This document shows, piece by piece, positions 26,576 through 35,972 of a stretch of 64,000 bases of DNA. The DNA comes from an uncultured candidatus Brocadiaceae bacterium. GTDB lineage: Bacteria > Planctomycetota > Brocadiia > SM23-32. A program made the translations under genes and the position numbers. Position 1 is the first letter of the stretch. The number at the start of each line of letters is the position of its first letter. Where the stretch lies: positions 25,441 through 89,440 of the forward strand of contig CAZQEQ010000002.1 of NCBI GenBank assembly GCA_964592385.1, written 5' to 3'. The notes under the pieces were generated by a model that was not told the origin of the DNA, did no database searches, and worked only from the letters and a program-made list of their open reading frames with translations.

Positions 26576-28840
26576 CTACAGAAGGGAGATCGGGTCCACG
26601 TCCACCACGGCCTTCACTCCGGCGGGCCCGCCCAGCAGCGGCGCCGCGCGTCGCAGCAGGTCCTGAACCGAACGGGCGTCCGGGCACTTCAGCAGCAGGT
26701 GCTGACGGTGTCGCCCCCGGATGCGGGCGACCGGCGCCGGGGCAGGCCCGAGCACCTGCGAGCCGTTCTCCAGTTCCTCGCCGAGCCTCCGCAGCGCGAC
26801 CGCCAGCGCGCGCGCGTGTTGCTCGACCCTTGTCAGGTCGCGCCCCCGGCACACGATCCGCGCCAGCCGTCCGAACGGCGGATAGCCGTACCTGCGCCGA
26901 TGGGGCAGCTCGTGCCGGGCGAACGCCGCGTAGTCGTGCCCGGCGGCGGCCCGGATGCTCGGTTCCTGAGGCATGAAGGTCTGTATGACGACCCGGCCGC
27001 CGGCCGGTCCCCGGCCGGTGCGCCCTGCGACCTGCGCCAGCAACTGGAACGTCCGCTCCCGAGAGCGGAAGTCCGGCAGGTGCAGCGCCACGTCGGCATT
27101 GACGACCCCCACGGTGGTCACGTTCGGGAAGTCCAGGCCCTTGGCCACCATCTGGGTCCCGATCAGGATGTCGGCCCGACCGCTGCGGAACGCTTCCAGC
27201 TTCTCCTCGTGGGCCCGGCGCGCCTTCGTGGTATCGCTGTCCATGCGGATGGCCGCGTGTGCCGGGAAAAGCTGGTCCACGGCCTCCGCCACCCGCTCCG
27301 TGCCGGTGCCGCCGAAGCGGATGCCTTCCAGCCCGCACTCGGGGCATGAGGTGGGCGGGCGCTGCTGGTGGCCGCAGTAGTGGCACTCGGCGACGCGCGT
27401 CTTGCGGTGGAAGTTGAGCGTGATGTCACAGCGGGGGCACTTCAGCACCCAGCCGCAGCGGGCGCAGTGCACGAACGGCGAGAACCCCCTGCGGTTGATG
27501 AAGAGCAGCGCCTGCTGGCCCTGTGCCAGGCTGTCGCGAATGCACCCCTCGAGGCGCCGGCTGATGACGCGCAGCCGGCCTCGTCCGGCCCATTCATCGC
27601 GCATGTCCACTATCTCGACCGGCGGCAGGGGGTGGCCGCCGATGCGCCGCGTCAGCCGAGCCGCCGTGTACCGGCCCGTCTGGCTGTTGTGGTAACTCTC
27701 CAGCGAGGGCGTCGCGGAGCCCAGCACCACCAGGGCGTCGTCGTAGCGGGCGCGCATGATCCCCACGTCCCGGGCGTGGTAGCGCGGCGTCGTGTCCTGC
27801 TTGAAGCTGTTCTCGTGCTCCTCGTCGATGACAAGCAGCCCGAGCGTGGGCAGCGGGGCGAAGATGGCCGACCGGGCCCCCACCACCACGTCGGCCTCCC
27901 CGCGACGGATCAGCTCCCACTGCTGGCGCCTTTCCGCCTCGGTCAGGCGGCTGTGGAGCACCGCCAGACGGCGGAACCGACTCCCGAAGGCGCGCACCGT
28001 CTGGGGCGTCAGGCTGATCTCCGGCACCAGCACGATCGCCTGTTTCCCGGCAGCGACGACGTCGGCGATGGCGTGCAGGTACACCTCGGTCTTGCCGCTC
28101 GACGTTATGCCGTGCAGCAGCACGACGCCGAAGTGCCCCTGCTTCAGGCGGTCGGTTATGTGGCTGTGTGCCTCCCGCTGCTCCGGCGTCAGGACAAACG
28201 GCTCCTGCGGCTCCATCTCGACGCTGCTGAGCGGGTCGGCCCGTTCCACCGTGCGCAGGGCGAGGTGGATCATGTCCCGCCGCTCCAGCGCCTTTGCCGA
28301 GGAGCGCGACGCGCCCGCCGACCGGAGGACGTCCACCAGCGGGCCTTCCCCCCCCGAGGCGGCCAGCGCGCGCAGTATCTTGCTCTGTGCGGGGCTCCTG
28401 TCGAACACGTCGTCGGCGGTCTGCTCCGCCTGCTCGATCGGCATCGCGAGGCGCGCGAACTGGATCTTGCGCGCCCTGCGCCCGCCGCGCACCGCAGCCG
28501 GCAGGATCGCGCTGAGGGCCTCCCCCAGGGAGCACTGGTAGTAGTCCGCCATCCACCGCCCGAGCCGGAGCATGACGTCGGTGAACAGGGGCGTCTTGTC
28601 CAGGCATTTCAGGACGGGTTTCAGGCGGCTCACCGGCAGGTCCGAGTCCGCCCGGAGCCCGACGCAGTAGCCGAGGATGCCGGGGCGGTTGCGGAAGGGG
28701 ACGCGCACCCTGCTGCCCACGCTGATCAGGCCGCGCAACTGCTCGGGGACCAGGTAATCGAAGGTCTTGTCCACCGACAGATTCAGCGCCACGACTGCGA
28801 CTCTCTGCGCGTCTCGGTCGGTCTTCGCATCCGTGGTCAT
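26576..28840 (-). CDS. priA: Primosomal protein N' (replication restart helicase PriA)
   Basis: 754 aa. Motifs: N-terminal VAVVALNLSVDKTFDYLVP, Walker A GITSSGKTEVY and DEEHE. A Cys-rich zinc region reads CARCGWVLKCPRCDITLNFH...CHYCGH...CPECG. Confidence 0.92.
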   Translation of the reverse strand: MTTDAKTDRDAQRVAVVALNLSVDKTFDYLVPEQLRGLISVGSRVRVPFRNRPGILGYCVGLRADSDLPVSRLKPVLKCLDKTPLFTDVMLRLGRWMADYYQCSLGEALSAILPAAVRGGRRARKIQFARLAMPIEQAEQTADDVFDRSPAQSKILRALAASGGEGPLVDVLRSAGASRSSAKALERRDMIHLALRTVERADPLSSVEMEPQEPFVLTPEQREAHSHITDRLKQGHFGVVLLHGITSSGKTEVYLHAIADVVAAGKQAIVLVPEISLTPQTVRAFGSRFRRLAVLHSRLTEAERRQQWELIRRGEADVVVGARSAIFAPLPTLGLLVIDEEHENSFKQDTTPRYHARDVGIMRARYDDALVVLGSATPSLESYHNSQTGRYTAARLTRRIGGHPLPPVEIVDMRDEWAGRGRLRVISRRLEGCIRDSLAQGQQALLFINRRGFSPFVHCARCGWVLKCPRCDITLNFHRKTRVAECHYCGHQQRPPTSCPECGLEGIRFGGTGTERVAEAVDQLFPAHAAIRMDSDTTKARRAHEEKLEAFRSGRADILIGTQMVAKGLDFPNVTTVGVVNADVALHLPDFRSRERTFQLLAQVAGRTGRGPAGGRVVIQTFMPQEPSIRAAAGHDYAAFARHELPHRRRYGYPPFGRLARIVCRGRDLTRVEQHARALAVALRRLGEELENGSQVLGPAPAPVARIRGRHRQHLLLKCPDARSVQDLLRRAAPLLGGPAGVKAVVDVDPISLL

Positions 28841-29128
28841 GGGCGTTGGCTGCCGGACATGGGCGTGTTCACCGCCCGGCCATTCTCGTGTCGGGCGTCC
28901 GCGCTGTCAACCGATGGCGTCCCGTCGGGGCTCCGGGCACCCCGCGTCCCTGGCCGCTTCCCGGCGTTGACGGACGGCTTATTGTCCAGAGGAGTTGACA
29001 AACGCTCGTGTTCCGTATAACTTTATACGCGGTGGAGTCGGAAGAAACGGAGACGGTGCGCCCGGCGCGGGCTGGTTTCGGGTGCCGCAGCGGGTGGGCC
29101 GGCGGGTCTGCTGCATGGGAGAGACAAT

Positions 29129-30190
29129 ATGGCCGCCATGAGACGCCGTTCTGGTTCCGGGATCATCGTCGTGTTGGTGATCTTCGTGGTTCTTGCCTTC
29201 GCCGGCATCGGTAGCGCCGTCTGGCTCTATCGGGAGCTTGCGCAGGTCAAACAGGTGATGCTGGTTACTCAGGACGCTGTCGCGTCGAGCATTCAGCCGG
29301 TCTTCGACGACAACATGTGGGCTCTGTCCAAACAGGACCCCAGCGAACTCGGCGTCGTTTACACTGTGGACAGCTTCCGCGAGGTCGCCGCGAAGCTGGA
29401 GGTGGCTGCCGAGTACGAGGGCCCCTTCATGGACCTCATTGGCTGGGACAGCCTGAACGGCATGAGGAATGCTCTGGAGATGTCTCCGGCCCAGCAAGAA
29501 GTCGAGGCGAAGGGAGAGACGAAGTTTGCGGAGGTGAGCGGCTTGCTCGCGTTCTACGAACGCGTTTACCAGTCCCTGCGCCAGGAGAACGAAAACCTGA
29601 GGACCGGCAACGCCGACCTCTCCGGCCGCCTGGCTGCGGCCCAGGACAATGTGGTTGCGACCGAGAAGAGGCTCAACGAGAGACTGAGCCAGGAGACGGC
29701 CAACTTCAAGAGCAAGCTGGACGAGTTGCGCATCGGCTACAATGACATCTCCACCAAGCTGGATGATCTGGGCAAAGTGGCCCTGGACTGGGAGCAGAAG
29801 TACCAGGGAGAGGTGCAACTGCGCAAGCAGGAGCAAGACAAGTACAGCCGGGGCATCGCCGCGTGGGAGAAGCGTTACAACGCCGCCGTCGCGCCCCCGC
29901 CCAAAGAGGAACAGCTCGTGGCCGACGGCAAAGTCATGACCCTGGACGTGAAGAACGGCTTCGTCTATGTGGAGGGCGGCAAGGACAAGGGCTTCAAGGA
30001 AGACGCCCAGTACGTCGTCTTCGCCCGGATGCCGGGCGGGGAACTGCGCAAGAAGGGGGCCATTCTGATCGGCAAGGTCGACGATAACGTGTCCCGAGCT
30101 ACGGTCGCCGAAGAGGTGGAAGGTGTGGTCATGATCGCCGGCGACCTCTTCGTCTCCGCCGAGCGCTGGCAGCGGTTCCAGGAGGAGTGA
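29129..30190 (+). CDS. Membrane-anchored coiled-coil protein with small C-terminal beta-rich domain (same architecture as 9025-9879)
   Basis: 353-aa ORF. TM helix IIVVLVIFVVLAFAGIGSAVWL, then coiled-coil-like segments. The C-terminus reads GKVMTLDVKNGFVYVEGGKDKGFKEDAQYVVF...GKVDDNVSRATV. RBS is GGGAGAGA. Confidence 0.7.
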   Translation: MAAMRRRSGSGIIVVLVIFVVLAFAGIGSAVWLYRELAQVKQVMLVTQDAVASSIQPVFDDNMWALSKQDPSELGVVYTVDSFREVAAKLEVAAEYEGPFMDLIGWDSLNGMRNALEMSPAQQEVEAKGETKFAEVSGLLAFYERVYQSLRQENENLRTGNADLSGRLAAAQDNVVATEKRLNERLSQETANFKSKLDELRIGYNDISTKLDDLGKVALDWEQKYQGEVQLRKQEQDKYSRGIAAWEKRYNAAVAPPPKEEQLVADGKVMTLDVKNGFVYVEGGKDKGFKEDAQYVVFARMPGGELRKKGAILIGKVDDNVSRATVAEEVEGVVMIAGDLFVSAERWQRFQEE

Positions 30191-30276
30191 CCCGGCGGCC
30201 CTGGAGCACGGGATTCGGTTGCCTTGCCGGGTCTCTCCCTGTCGTCTGCCCGACGCCGTTCTCCGTCCGTTTCTGT

Positions 30277-30351
30277 TTCCCGGTGGTGTAATTGGTAACA
30301 CAGCAGGTTTTGGTCCTGCCATTCCTGGTTCGACTCCAGGCCGGGAAGCCA
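30277..30351 (+). tRNA. tRNA-Gln (anticodon UUG)
   Basis: The cloverleaf was folded by hand. Acceptor TTCCCGG/CCGGGAA (U1-A72). D arm GTGT-AATTGGTA-ACAC. Anticodon arm GCAGG-TTTTGGT-CCTGC. T arm CCTGG-TTCGACT-CCAGG. Discriminator G and encoded CCA. The 3' half closely resembles E. coli tRNA-Gln. Confidence 0.9.
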
Positions 30352-30465
30352 GCCTACCTCCGCACGGCGCCCTGCGCATTTGCACCTTTGCCTACCTTCG
30401 GCTAACCTGTTGCCTTTCCTTGTCCGGCCGCCCGCGACGGCGCAAGGTGGAGGGTCAAAGGCCTT

Positions 30466-32352
30466 ATGGCTCGACAGGAAACGCTGGCCCCACACCCCCG
30501 GCTGTATGCCTCGCGCGCCCAGATCGAGGGGCTGCGCCGTCGGCCGCGATTGAAGTTCCTCCAGGATGCCGCGCGACAGGTCGCCTCGAGGGCGGACCAG
30601 TATGCCAAGGCCGGCCCCTCCGTCCCCCTGCCCGGCGGGCACAATCAGCACCTGCGCCGGGCCTTCGCCGTCCATGTCCGCGTCGTGGCCTTGCTCGTGC
30701 AATGGCTTCGCAGCGGCGAGGAGAGGTATCGCGGTGCGGTCCTGGACATGGTGCGGGAGATGGCCGGCTGGGAGCACTGGTCGTGGATGGCCTGGCGGGA
30801 CAACGACCCGCGGCCGGAGGCCGTCTTCGACCTGAGTTACGGCGCCAATAGCTTTACGCTGGCCGTGGCCTTCGACTGGATGTTCGGCTCCCTGTCCGAG
30901 GGCGAGCGCGAGCTGTTCCGCCGGACGGCCCGCGAGCGCGCGCTGCGGCCTTTCCTCTTCCACGTCGAGAATGAGCAGTGGCCGCACTGGTTCGCGCAGG
31001 AACACTCGAACTGGAACGGCGTCTGCGCCGGCGGGGCCGGGCTGCTCGCGCTGGCAATGCACGACGAACTGCCCGAAGCGCGCGAGGCCCTGCCGCTGGT
31101 CGAGAGCTCCCTCGATCCCTTCATGCGGTGCCTGGAGGAGACCGACGGCGGCTGGACCGAAGGCATCGGCTACTGGAACTTCGGCATGAGGTACGCGCTC
31201 TCGTACCTGCTCAGCCACGAGCGGACCATGGGGCGGCGCCACCCCCTGCTGCGGCTGCCGTCCACGAAGCGCAGCCTCGCGTTCCCGCTCGACTTCTGCC
31301 CGAACGGCGTGCCGTGCAGCTTCGGCGACTCGAACCATTGGGTCCCCGTGCCGATCCATCACGCCGCCGCCGCGCGACTGAACCGGCCCGACGTGCAATA
31401 CGCGCTGGACCTGCACCTGCGGCAGGGAGGCGTCGTGGAAGGGCAGTGGTCCACCTCGGCGGAATGGCTGCTCCTGCACTCGGGCAGGGCCGCGCCGAAG
31501 CCCCGCCGTGAGCGCGGAGTGGTCAAAATGTATCGCGGCATGGACTGGGGGATCATCGCGGACAGGATGCCCGCCCCGCGCGTCTGCCTCGCCGTCCGGG
31601 GCGGCACGACGAAGGTCTTTCACGGGCACCGGGACCTGCTCAGCTACCACTGCGTCGTCGGCGATGAGGCCCTCATCAGCAGCATCGGCGTGGACGAGTA
31701 CCTGGACACCACGTTCAGCCCGCGCCGCAACGAGCTCTTCGAGACCGGGCCGCTCTCCAAGAACGTCATCCTTATCAACGGCGTCGGCATCGCGGAGGGC
31801 TCCAGCGTTGCCTCGGAGGTGCTGCGCTGCGACGGGGTCGTCGGCATCCGCATGGACGCCACGGAGGCCATGGGGCAGTCGCGGGGCGAGGGACCGGCGG
31901 CGCAGTTCTGCGGCCGGGCCTTCCTGATGCTGGACGCGAAGGCGTTCCTCATCGTTGACCGCGTCGAGATGCCGTTCGAGGGGCGCGTCGAGTCCCGCGC
32001 CCACACTTACGCCGAGGTGGCGGCCGGCGCGAGCGGCGCGGACCTGACCGGCGAGAGGCATCGGATGAGGGTCGCCTGCGCGTGCTCCGCGCCGGCGAGC
32101 TTCCACACGGCGCTCACGGCGCCCACGACGCCCGGCCGCCCCGCCAACGTGCTGAGGTGGTGCACGGACGGCCTGCACACGAGCGTGACGATGGCGACTC
32201 TCCTGTCGCCGGGCGCCGGGACGGCTGAGGTGCAGCTAGAGGAGCAGGGGAGTCGGGTCGTAGTGTCCGTGCGGCTCGGACGTGGCAGGTCGAAAGTCAC
32301 GCTTACCCGCCGCCTGCGGTTCCCCCGCGCGCGACGGGCGAAGAGGCAATAG
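30466..32352 (+). CDS. Heparinase II/III-like polysaccharide lyase family protein
   Basis: 628 aa. It has an N-terminal HPRLYASRAQIEGL motif, an alpha/alpha toroid-like region, and HGHRDLLSYHCVVGDEALI, which is typical of the heparinase II/III C-terminal domain. Confidence 0.75.
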   Translation: MARQETLAPHPRLYASRAQIEGLRRRPRLKFLQDAARQVASRADQYAKAGPSVPLPGGHNQHLRRAFAVHVRVVALLVQWLRSGEERYRGAVLDMVREMAGWEHWSWMAWRDNDPRPEAVFDLSYGANSFTLAVAFDWMFGSLSEGERELFRRTARERALRPFLFHVENEQWPHWFAQEHSNWNGVCAGGAGLLALAMHDELPEAREALPLVESSLDPFMRCLEETDGGWTEGIGYWNFGMRYALSYLLSHERTMGRRHPLLRLPSTKRSLAFPLDFCPNGVPCSFGDSNHWVPVPIHHAAAARLNRPDVQYALDLHLRQGGVVEGQWSTSAEWLLLHSGRAAPKPRRERGVVKMYRGMDWGIIADRMPAPRVCLAVRGGTTKVFHGHRDLLSYHCVVGDEALISSIGVDEYLDTTFSPRRNELFETGPLSKNVILINGVGIAEGSSVASEVLRCDGVVGIRMDATEAMGQSRGEGPAAQFCGRAFLMLDAKAFLIVDRVEMPFEGRVESRAHTYAEVAAGASGADLTGERHRMRVACACSAPASFHTALTAPTTPGRPANVLRWCTDGLHTSVTMATLLSPGAGTAEVQLEEQGSRVVVSVRLGRGRSKVTLTRRLRFPRARRAKRQ

Positions 32353-32369
32353 AGCAAGGGGAGAGCACG

Positions 32370-33548
32370 ATGGCGCTGCCCGTCAGGAAGGTCAGCAAGA
32401 AGGCGTTGGCGCAGGCTCGGAGGATCCGCGAGGACCTTCATCGGCATCCCGAGTTGGGTTACCAGGAGGAGCGCACGGCGTCCGTGATCGCCGCGTTCCT
32501 GCGCGACCTCGGCCTGGATGAGGTGCGCACGGGCGTGGCGGAGACGGGCGTAGTCGGGCTGCTGCGCGGGGGCGATGGGAATCGGACCGTCGCCCTGCGG
32601 GCCGACATCGACGCACTGCCCATCCGGGAGGAGACCGGGCTGCCCTACGCGTCCGTGCACGAGGGCCTGATGCACGCCTGCGGCCACGACGGCCACACGG
32701 CCATACTGCTGGCCGTGGCGCGCCTGCTGGCCGGGATGCGGGAGAAGCTGCCCGGCAACGTCAAGTTCATCTTCCAGCCCGCCGAGGAGGGCGGCGCGGG
32801 AGGCCGGCGCATGGTCGAGGAGGGCGTGCTCCACGCCCCGGAAGTGGACGCCATCTTCGCGCTCCATGGAAGCAGCGAGATCAATCCGGGTCAGATCCGG
32901 CTCGCCCCGATCCCGAACGCCGCTATGATGAGTTTCCGCGTTGACATCAGCGGCCGTGGCGCGCACGGGGCGGCGCCCCACGTCTCCGTTGACCCCATCC
33001 TTATCGGCGCCCAGATCGTGGTCGCCGCCCAGAGCATCGTCAGCCGGGAAACGCGCCCAGACACGCCTGCCGTCATCAGCATTTGCGCCTTCAACGGGGG
33101 CACCAAGGAGAACATCATCCCCGACGGCGCCCGCCTGCTGGGCACGATCCGCGCCGTCGAGATGCCCGTACTGCGGGGCCTGGCACGCAGGCTGGGGCGG
33201 GTGGCGCGGGGTGTCGCAAAGTCCCTTCGCGGCAGCGCCGAGTTCAGCGACTTCGGCCAGTATCCGCCCACAGTGAACGACCCCGGACTCCTGGAAATGG
33301 TCAGGGGGGTCGGGACCGAGCTGCTCGGCCGGCGCAATGTCCTTCAGGCGACGGAGCAGCGCATGGGCGCCGAGGATTTCTCTTTCTACCTCAGCAGTCA
33401 GGGCGGCGTGCCCGGCGTGATCTTCCGCCTCGGCGTCGAGTCGGAGACGAACCTGCACACGTCCCGGTTCGACTTCGGCAGCGCGGCCCTCGAACCCGGC
33501 ATCCTCATGCTGGCCAACGTGGCGCTGGCCGCCCTGGAGCAGGGCTGA
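32370..33548 (+). CDS. M20D-family amidohydrolase (N-acyl-amino-acid/hippurate hydrolase-like)
   Basis: Motifs DLHRHPELGYQE, MHACGHDGH, FIFQPAEEGGAG and GAEDFSFY. Confidence 0.88.
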   Translation: MALPVRKVSKKALAQARRIREDLHRHPELGYQEERTASVIAAFLRDLGLDEVRTGVAETGVVGLLRGGDGNRTVALRADIDALPIREETGLPYASVHEGLMHACGHDGHTAILLAVARLLAGMREKLPGNVKFIFQPAEEGGAGGRRMVEEGVLHAPEVDAIFALHGSSEINPGQIRLAPIPNAAMMSFRVDISGRGAHGAAPHVSVDPILIGAQIVVAAQSIVSRETRPDTPAVISICAFNGGTKENIIPDGARLLGTIRAVEMPVLRGLARRLGRVARGVAKSLRGSAEFSDFGQYPPTVNDPGLLEMVRGVGTELLGRRNVLQATEQRMGAEDFSFYLSSQGGVPGVIFRLGVESETNLHTSRFDFGSAALEPGILMLANVALAALEQG

Positions 33549-33585
33549 GCCTTCTCGGGCAGCCGGCTCCTGTTTCGGCGCCGCC

Positions 33586-34752
33586 TCACTTCGGCGGGTC
33601 GCCCCAGTCGGGCACGTCGAGCAGTTCGCCGCCGGCCAGCGCGGACTTGTGCGCCATCACCCCCGGCGCCATGTAGCGCACCGCCTCCCAGACGTTGATG
33701 GCCGGCGTGCGGTCGTGCGCGACGGCATCCACGAACTCGTTCACCAGGTACGCGTGCGAGCCGCCGTGCCCGCCGTAGACCCCGTCGCCGAGCCCCGCCT
33801 CGTAGGCCGCCGTCACCTCCTCCGGCAGGGGGTCGCGCATCTCGTCCACGGTGAGCTTCGTCCAGCTGCCCTTGGTGACCCAGTTGCCCTCGCGGAACGA
33901 TCCGTCCGTGCCGAACAGGCGGAACATCTCCTCGCCTGTGTGCCCGATCTGCCGGCACTCGCCGACGCGCATTGTGGCGCCGTTGCTCATGTGGAACAGG
34001 GCGATCTCGTTGGCGAAGCTGTCGCCGAAGTAATCGTCGCCCGTCTCATCCTTCTGGCCCCAGGCGCAGACCTTGACGGCGTGGGCGCCCATCACGCAGA
34101 CCGGCCCGCTGACCGAGTGGGTGGGGTAGTGCATCGGGCCGCTGACTACGCCACGTTCCCTGTAGGCGCGGGCGCGCTCGGCCCACTCGCTGCCGGCGCG
34201 GCCGGTGGCGCGGTGGCGCTGCACGTCGCGCAGGTTGCAGCCGGGCGAGTCCACGTCGTGCAGGTACTGCGCATCGGCGTGGACGAACCGGCCGAACGCC
34301 CCCTCGGCCGCGCGGCGGCGGCAGTACATCGTCTCCGGGCGGTGGTAGGTCGTCTCGCCGAGCATGTAGTGCAGTCCCGTGCGCCGGACGGTCTCGACGA
34401 GCCGGTCGCACCATTCCAGTATCTCGTCGCCGTCCGGCACGCAGAGGATCGGCACGGCGCTGTAGACGTGCTTGCCGGACTCCAGGGCCTGCGCGGCCTG
34501 TGGCGCGTGCAGCCAGGGCTGCGTGATGACGGCCAGCGCGTCCAGGTCCGAGGCGCAGATCTCCTCGAAGGTGGCATAGGCGTCGGACGGACTGAACTTG
34601 TCCTTCCAGGACTCCCTGGAGGCGAACTCCTCGATGCGGTCCGGCTCCAGGTCGCAGAGCGCCATCCTGTCCACGAGCGGGTGGTTCTTGAAGAGCTCCG
34701 CGAACTGCCGCCCGAAATCTCCCAACCCGACCAGCCCCAGACTGATTCCCAT
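33586..34752 (-). CDS. Gfo/Idh/MocA-family oxidoreductase
   Basis: N-terminal Rossmann motif LGLVGLGDFGRQF and a C-terminal alpha/beta domain. 388 aa. Confidence 0.85.
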   Translation of the reverse strand: MGISLGLVGLGDFGRQFAELFKNHPLVDRMALCDLEPDRIEEFASRESWKDKFSPSDAYATFEEICASDLDALAVITQPWLHAPQAAQALESGKHVYSAVPILCVPDGDEILEWCDRLVETVRRTGLHYMLGETTYHRPETMYCRRRAAEGAFGRFVHADAQYLHDVDSPGCNLRDVQRHRATGRAGSEWAERARAYRERGVVSGPMHYPTHSVSGPVCVMGAHAVKVCAWGQKDETGDDYFGDSFANEIALFHMSNGATMRVGECRQIGHTGEEMFRLFGTDGSFREGNWVTKGSWTKLTVDEMRDPLPEEVTAAYEAGLGDGVYGGHGGSHAYLVNEFVDAVAHDRTPAINVWEAVRYMAPGVMAHKSALAGGELLDVPDWGDPPK

Positions 34753-34971
34753 CGCTTCATGTCTCCCTGGGCAAAAGCGACGCGAGTCTACGCAGTCAAC
34801 GGTGTGCTGTCAAAGGTCCCCGGTTCCTCCGGGAGGGTCGGCGTGGGCGCGACTGTTCGGACTTGAGTGGATGCCCGGAACGGACGGCCTCTGGGCGCCG
34901 TTCCAGGCGCTCCCAACGGCCTGCGTAGGTCTTCCCACGCCGAGTTGAACAGTTGCGCGACAGGGCGCCGT

Positions 34972-35000
34972 TTGGCAACGGCGGCCGCCCGTGGTATAAG
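34972..35000 (+). promoter_or_regulatory. Sigma70-like promoter TTGGCA-N17-TATAAG
   Basis: TTGGCA is at 34972-34977 and TATAAG at 34995-35000, 75 nt upstream of the GTG at 35075, which is preceded by GGAGGAAG. Confidence 0.45.
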
Positions 35001-35074
35001 CTCGGAGCAATGCTGGGAAGTATCTCTATGCGGCGAACCGCCGCCGTGTCCCGCTTAGTTCGGAGGAAGACGTT

Positions 35075-35680
35075 GTGGACGTACAGGCAGGGCGAGTGGT
35101 CATGCTTGTGGTGCTGGTTCTTTGTTGTGGAGGCGTCTGCGTTTCCGAAGGGGCGCAGGGCAAAGCTCCGGCCGTGCCCGAGAATACCTACCTGTACGTA
35201 TCGCCGCCTGTGGCAAGTCGCATTGACGTGTTTTGGGATCACCCGAGGGACCTCACAGGCGTTGTCGGTTACCACGTCTATCGCGACGGCAAGTTGGTCG
35301 CCACTAAGGCCAACGATGACCCCGGCCACCCGGCGAATAACGTTCATCCCGACACGGGCCTTTCTCCGCCGACGAAATACACCTACACCGTGACCGCCGT
35401 TGACAGGGACGGCAACGAGAGCGAGCACACCGCGGCCGTCAGCGCGACCACTGCCCCAGGACCGGCTCCTAACCTGGATGTCCTCATCAAGCCATCGAGG
35501 ACGTCGGGCGTCGCGCCCCTGTCCGTGTTCTTCGACGTTACGGACACGGCCAGCTTCACCGACGGCTCCTTCGTGGACGCCACCTGCGTCTGGGATTTCG
35601 ACGCGGATGGCACGGACCCCACGGGCAAATGCCGGAAGGCCAGCGCGGACTTATGCGCCATGACGCCCGGTGCCACGTAG
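35075..35680 (+). pseudogene. Truncated secreted FN3 + PKD-like protein
   Basis: The ORF has a signal peptide, an FN3-like module (RIDVFWDHP...GYHVYRDG...[15 protein letters not shown]) and the start of a PKD-like module ([13 protein letters not shown]...WDFDADG). The reading frame then runs into unrelated duplicated DNA at about 35639 and stops at 35680. Confidence 0.55.
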
Positions 35681-35725
35681 CGCACCGCTTCCCAGACGTT
35701 GATGGCCGGCGTGCGGTCGTGCGCG
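35639..35725 (-). repeat. 87-bp duplicated fragment of the 3' region of a Gfo/Idh/MocA gene
   Basis: It aligns base-for-base with 33635-33721, with 6 mismatches in 87. It encodes [16 protein letters not shown](V/M)[12 protein letters not shown] on the minus strand. Confidence 0.85.
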
Positions 35726-35904
35726 TCGCCGCTGAGGGCGTGGCAGATGAGCACCGTGTTGTCCCGCTCCGGCGTCAGCTCGCCGTAAGTCTCGTAGGTC
35801 ACGTCAATGGGGCTCAGTCTGGCGCCGCTGCGCAGTTCCAGGTCATTCGGCGGCTTCCCTCTGCGCCAGGTGCTGGCTCTGCTGCTTGAGCGCATAGCCT
35901 GCAT
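35726..35904 (-). pseudogene. 5' fragment of a homoserine O-acetyltransferase (MetX-like) gene
   Basis: The minus-strand translation [41 protein letters not shown] matches the conserved MetX N-terminus. It then joins directly to the oxidoreductase fragment. The remaining ~300 aa are absent. Confidence 0.6.
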
Positions 35905-35972
35905 GCGTGCCTGTGCTCGGCACGCTGACAGGCCGAACGCGCCGCCGGCCCCGCCTGACAGGACGAGATAGG

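Noticed and set aside
28995-29021. TTGACA ... TATAAC as the promoter of the 29129 gene.
   Set aside because: The spacer is only 15 nt, shorter than the usual 16-18 nt. I therefore do not list it as a feature, although a shifted -10 (TAACTT at 17 nt) is possible.
30277-30351. tRNA-Gln as the attachment site of an integrated element covering the downstream accessory-looking genes.
   Set aside because: There is no integrase gene in the window. By eye I found no direct repeat of the tRNA 3' end at candidate boundaries (35.6-35.9 kb, 40.3-41.3 kb, 49.7-50.0 kb).
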